Origin: Candidatus Auribacterota bacterium
GTDB taxonomy: Bacteria; Auribacterota; UBA6266
Reading direction: 5' to 3'
NCBI GenBank assembly: GCA_023136205.1
Contig: JAGLRQ010000056.1
Coordinates: 1 to 14,938 of the forward strand
Length of the DNA: 14,938 bases
The notes beneath the pieces were generated by a model. It was not told the DNA's origin and ran no database searches. It saw nothing but the letters and a program-made list of their open reading frames with translations. Of this stretch, positions 13,262-14,938 are shown piece after piece (position 1 is the stretch's first letter; each line of letters starts with the position of its first letter). The translations under genes were made by a program, and so were the position numbers.

Positions 13262-14584
13262 CTATTTTCCCCTGAGAGCATCGTACCACTGTTTGGAAAG
13301 ATCTTTCACAGACTCGAATTTCTCCCCATAGACTTCATTAAAAGCCTCATTAAAAGACTTCCCTTCAACCACAAGTTTGGCAAACTTGCACAAAGCAAGA
13401 TCTCCGTCATCACCATAACCATCTACGAGAATCTCTACTAATTTTGCGGACTGCGCGACAAACCTTCGGAAATCCTTCTCACTTTTGGGATATTTTTCGC
13501 GCCCGATAAGATCATTGAACCTGAAACCTTTCTTTGCCTTTATATCTTTCTTTAATCTCTCCATGCCATACATTGGAGTGCCTGAATAGTATGAAGCTGT
13601 TCCGGCAGTCAGCCACAACGCGGCATTTTCATTATCAAGAAATTCTTTCCAGAGAAGTTCTGCTAAAAAATATCCGAAAAGTTCAGCAGCAGTCAAAATA
13701 AACTCCTCCCTGGCTGTATAGCTAAGATTTGATAATCCCGTATCTCCCCAGGGCGCAATAAATATTTCTCTCTGTTTGCTTACTGAAAAACCATACGGCG
13801 TGCTGTCTGAAGGGCCGGCAATCGACTTGGTCTGTGACCAGTTTCTTCCTTCATCGAAAATATACACAGCGCATTTTGTTTGCCAGTTAACATAATCGTC
13901 AATTTTCATTTCGGTTATATATGTACTGTAACTTCTGTCTGCCTTATTTTTAATATTTCTACCTATTTTTTCATCTTTAGACTTGCCAATTTTATAATAA
14001 ATCGTGAAATACCGCGTATCCTCCATCTTGTCATTGACTTTAGTCAGCAGATAAGATCTTGCGGCTTTTGATTCGCCCTCCGCGTCCTTCTCCATTTTTT
14101 CATGAATTTCTTCGGTTACAACAACCTTCTCAATCTTATTTGCCTCTTCTTCAGCTTTCTTCTTTTCTTCCATAAGTTGTTTCTTTTCGGCAATTAATCG
14201 CTTTAACTCATCTTTTGTGTGCCATTTTCCTTTATATTTTACCAATCCCTTATTTTTCTGCTGAGCTTCAAATTTCTTTTTCGCTCCGGTTTGGATTTCT
14301 TCCTTCCTTCTTTTTAGTTCGGTTACTTTTTCTTCGGAACTTTTCTGATTTTCCCACTGCTGCCTCAGGTTAGTATTTTCTTTTTTAGAGGCTTTGACAA
14401 TATTTTCAACCCTTTCGCGTGTCAGAGTAACTTTTCCATAAGCTGTTTCATAAGTAACATCACTATCAGACTCAAAAAGAACTATACACTTGACAGTTTC
14501 ACCTGTTTTAAGAGTTATATCATCAGAATAAAGGTTAAATGACATTAAAAAAATAACAAAGAATAACCCCGTTCTTTTAACCAT
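13262..14584 (-). CDS. Secreted hypothetical protein (signal peptide, K/E-rich coiled-coil linker, uncharacterised C-terminal domain), 440 aa
   Basis: A strong SD, AAGGAGGG, lies 6 nt upstream of the ATG. The N-terminus MVKRTGLFFVIFLMSFNLYS is signal-like. Residues ~65-165 are very K/E-rich (EEKVTELKRRKEEIQ...KKQLMEEKKKAEEEANKIEK). I recognise no catalytic motif and see no HExxH. Confidence 0.75.
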   Translation of the reverse strand: MVKRTGLFFVIFLMSFNLYSDDITLKTGETVKCIVLFESDSDVTYETAYGKVTLTRERVENIVKASKKENTNLRQQWENQKSSEEKVTELKRRKEEIQTGAKKKFEAQQKNKGLVKYKGKWHTKDELKRLIAEKKQLMEEKKKAEEEANKIEKVVVTEEIHEKMEKDAEGESKAARSYLLTKVNDKMEDTRYFTIYYKIGKSKDEKIGRNIKNKADRSYSTYITEMKIDDYVNWQTKCAVYIFDEGRNWSQTKSIAGPSDSTPYGFSVSKQREIFIAPWGDTGLSNLSYTAREEFILTAAELFGYFLAELLWKEFLDNENAALWLTAGTASYYSGTPMYGMERLKKDIKAKKGFRFNDLIGREKYPKSEKDFRRFVAQSAKLVEILVDGYGDDGDLALCKFAKLVVEGKSFNEAFNEVYGEKFESVKDLSKQWYDALRGK

Positions 14585-14632
14585 TGTTTTCCCTCCTTTG
14601 TGTTTCAGTCAAAAATTTCCCAAAACATATGA

Positions 14633-14938
14633 CTATTTTATATCTTTTCGTGGGAAAAGCATGCCTGGAGCAACTAATTCTCTGCCTTTTTCCAGAATTT
14701 CCCATTCATTCACTTTTGCAAATGCTTTTTCCTTTATATCTTCATCCATACCAAGAGCCCTCCATACCTTTTCGGAAGAAACCGGCATAAAAGGATAGCT
14801 ATACGATGATATAATTCTTAAACTTTCCAGGAGGTTCAGGAGAACACATCCTAACCGCGCTGCCGCTAAAGGAGTTTTATTTAACCTCCACGGCTTTGTT
14901 TCTTCAACATACCGGTTTGCTTTAGCAACAATCTCCCA
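14633..14938 (-). CDS. metG: Methionyl-tRNA synthetase, C-terminal 101 codons (gene begins beyond the right window edge)
   Basis: My own minus-strand translation is WEIVAKANRYVEETKPWRLNKTPLAAARLGCVLLNLLESLRIISSYSYPFMPVSSEKVWRALGMDE...GMLFPRKDIK*, with TAG at 14635..14633. The N.Y.....PW.L.K block, the L.P.MP block and the terminal LFPR are the anticodon-binding-domain end of MetRS. Proximity of metG to tatD is a common synteny. Confidence 0.8.
   Translation of the reverse strand, partial: WEIVAKANRYVEETKPWRLNKTPLAAARLGCVLLNLLESLRIISSYSYPFMPVSSEKVWRALGMDEDIKEKAFAKVNEWEILEKGRELVAPGMLFPRKDIK

Noticed and set aside
8006-14798. Other alternative-frame or antisense ORFs are listed in the track: 8006..8194(-), 8382..8567(+), 8622..9011(+), 9187..9393(-), 9814..10122(+), 10013..10255(+), 10764..10967(-), 11526..11786(+), 12767..13003(+), 12985..13281(-), 13232..13441(+), 13880..14071(+), 14584..14790(+) and 14598..14798(+).
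   Set aside because: Each overlaps a longer ORF with recognisable homology-type motifs (rpsT, holA, lptE, bamD-like, glk, tatD, metG). They have no SD, no motifs and odd composition. The two at 14584-14798 overlap the metG C-terminal coding region that I translated on the minus strand.
1-14938. I looked for a CRISPR array, tRNA/rRNA genes, a retron/DGR-type reverse transcriptase, or toxin-antitoxin pairs.
   Set aside because: There are no regularly spaced direct repeats of CRISPR size, no cloverleaf-capable sequence in the short intergenic regions, and no RT (YxDD) or typical TA-sized gene pairs. The two repeat-containing spacers are reported separately and do not have CRISPR architecture.

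Overview
This 14.9-kb window comes from a low-GC diderm bacterium, since MurJ, LptE and a BamD-like protein are present. I cannot assign a lineage. Almost everything is coded on the minus strand.

The right-hand ~8.7 kb (6267..14938) is ordinary housekeeping. It holds the metG 3' end, a secreted hypothetical protein, tatD, a ROK glucokinase, a translationally coupled bamD-like/lptE/holA operon, rpsT (plus strand) and murJ.

The left-hand ~6.1 kb (1..6184) is the interesting part. It is an AT-richer, four-gene, tightly coupled minus-strand operon immediately downstream of the murJ terminator. The gene order is:
- a type III Mod methyltransferase (beta-class, DPPY then FxGxG);
- a 1018-aa gamma-class N6-adenine methyltransferase (DPACGSG then NPPW) with long N- and C-terminal extensions;
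- a 227-aa stand-alone PD-(D/E)xK protein with an Mrr-like D...ECK core;
- a type III Res helicase-nuclease, which starts at a TTG overlapping the previous stop and runs off the left edge.

Canonical type III systems are mod-res pairs. Here the pair is split by a second methyltransferase plus a separate nuclease. This is either a nested second R-M module or a composite four-component restriction system.

Two structured, repeat-rich intergenic elements (11246..11369 and 12376..12467) are also worth a look. I saw no tRNA, rRNA, CRISPR array, transposase or integrase. All functional calls rest on motif recognition by eye, because no searches were run.
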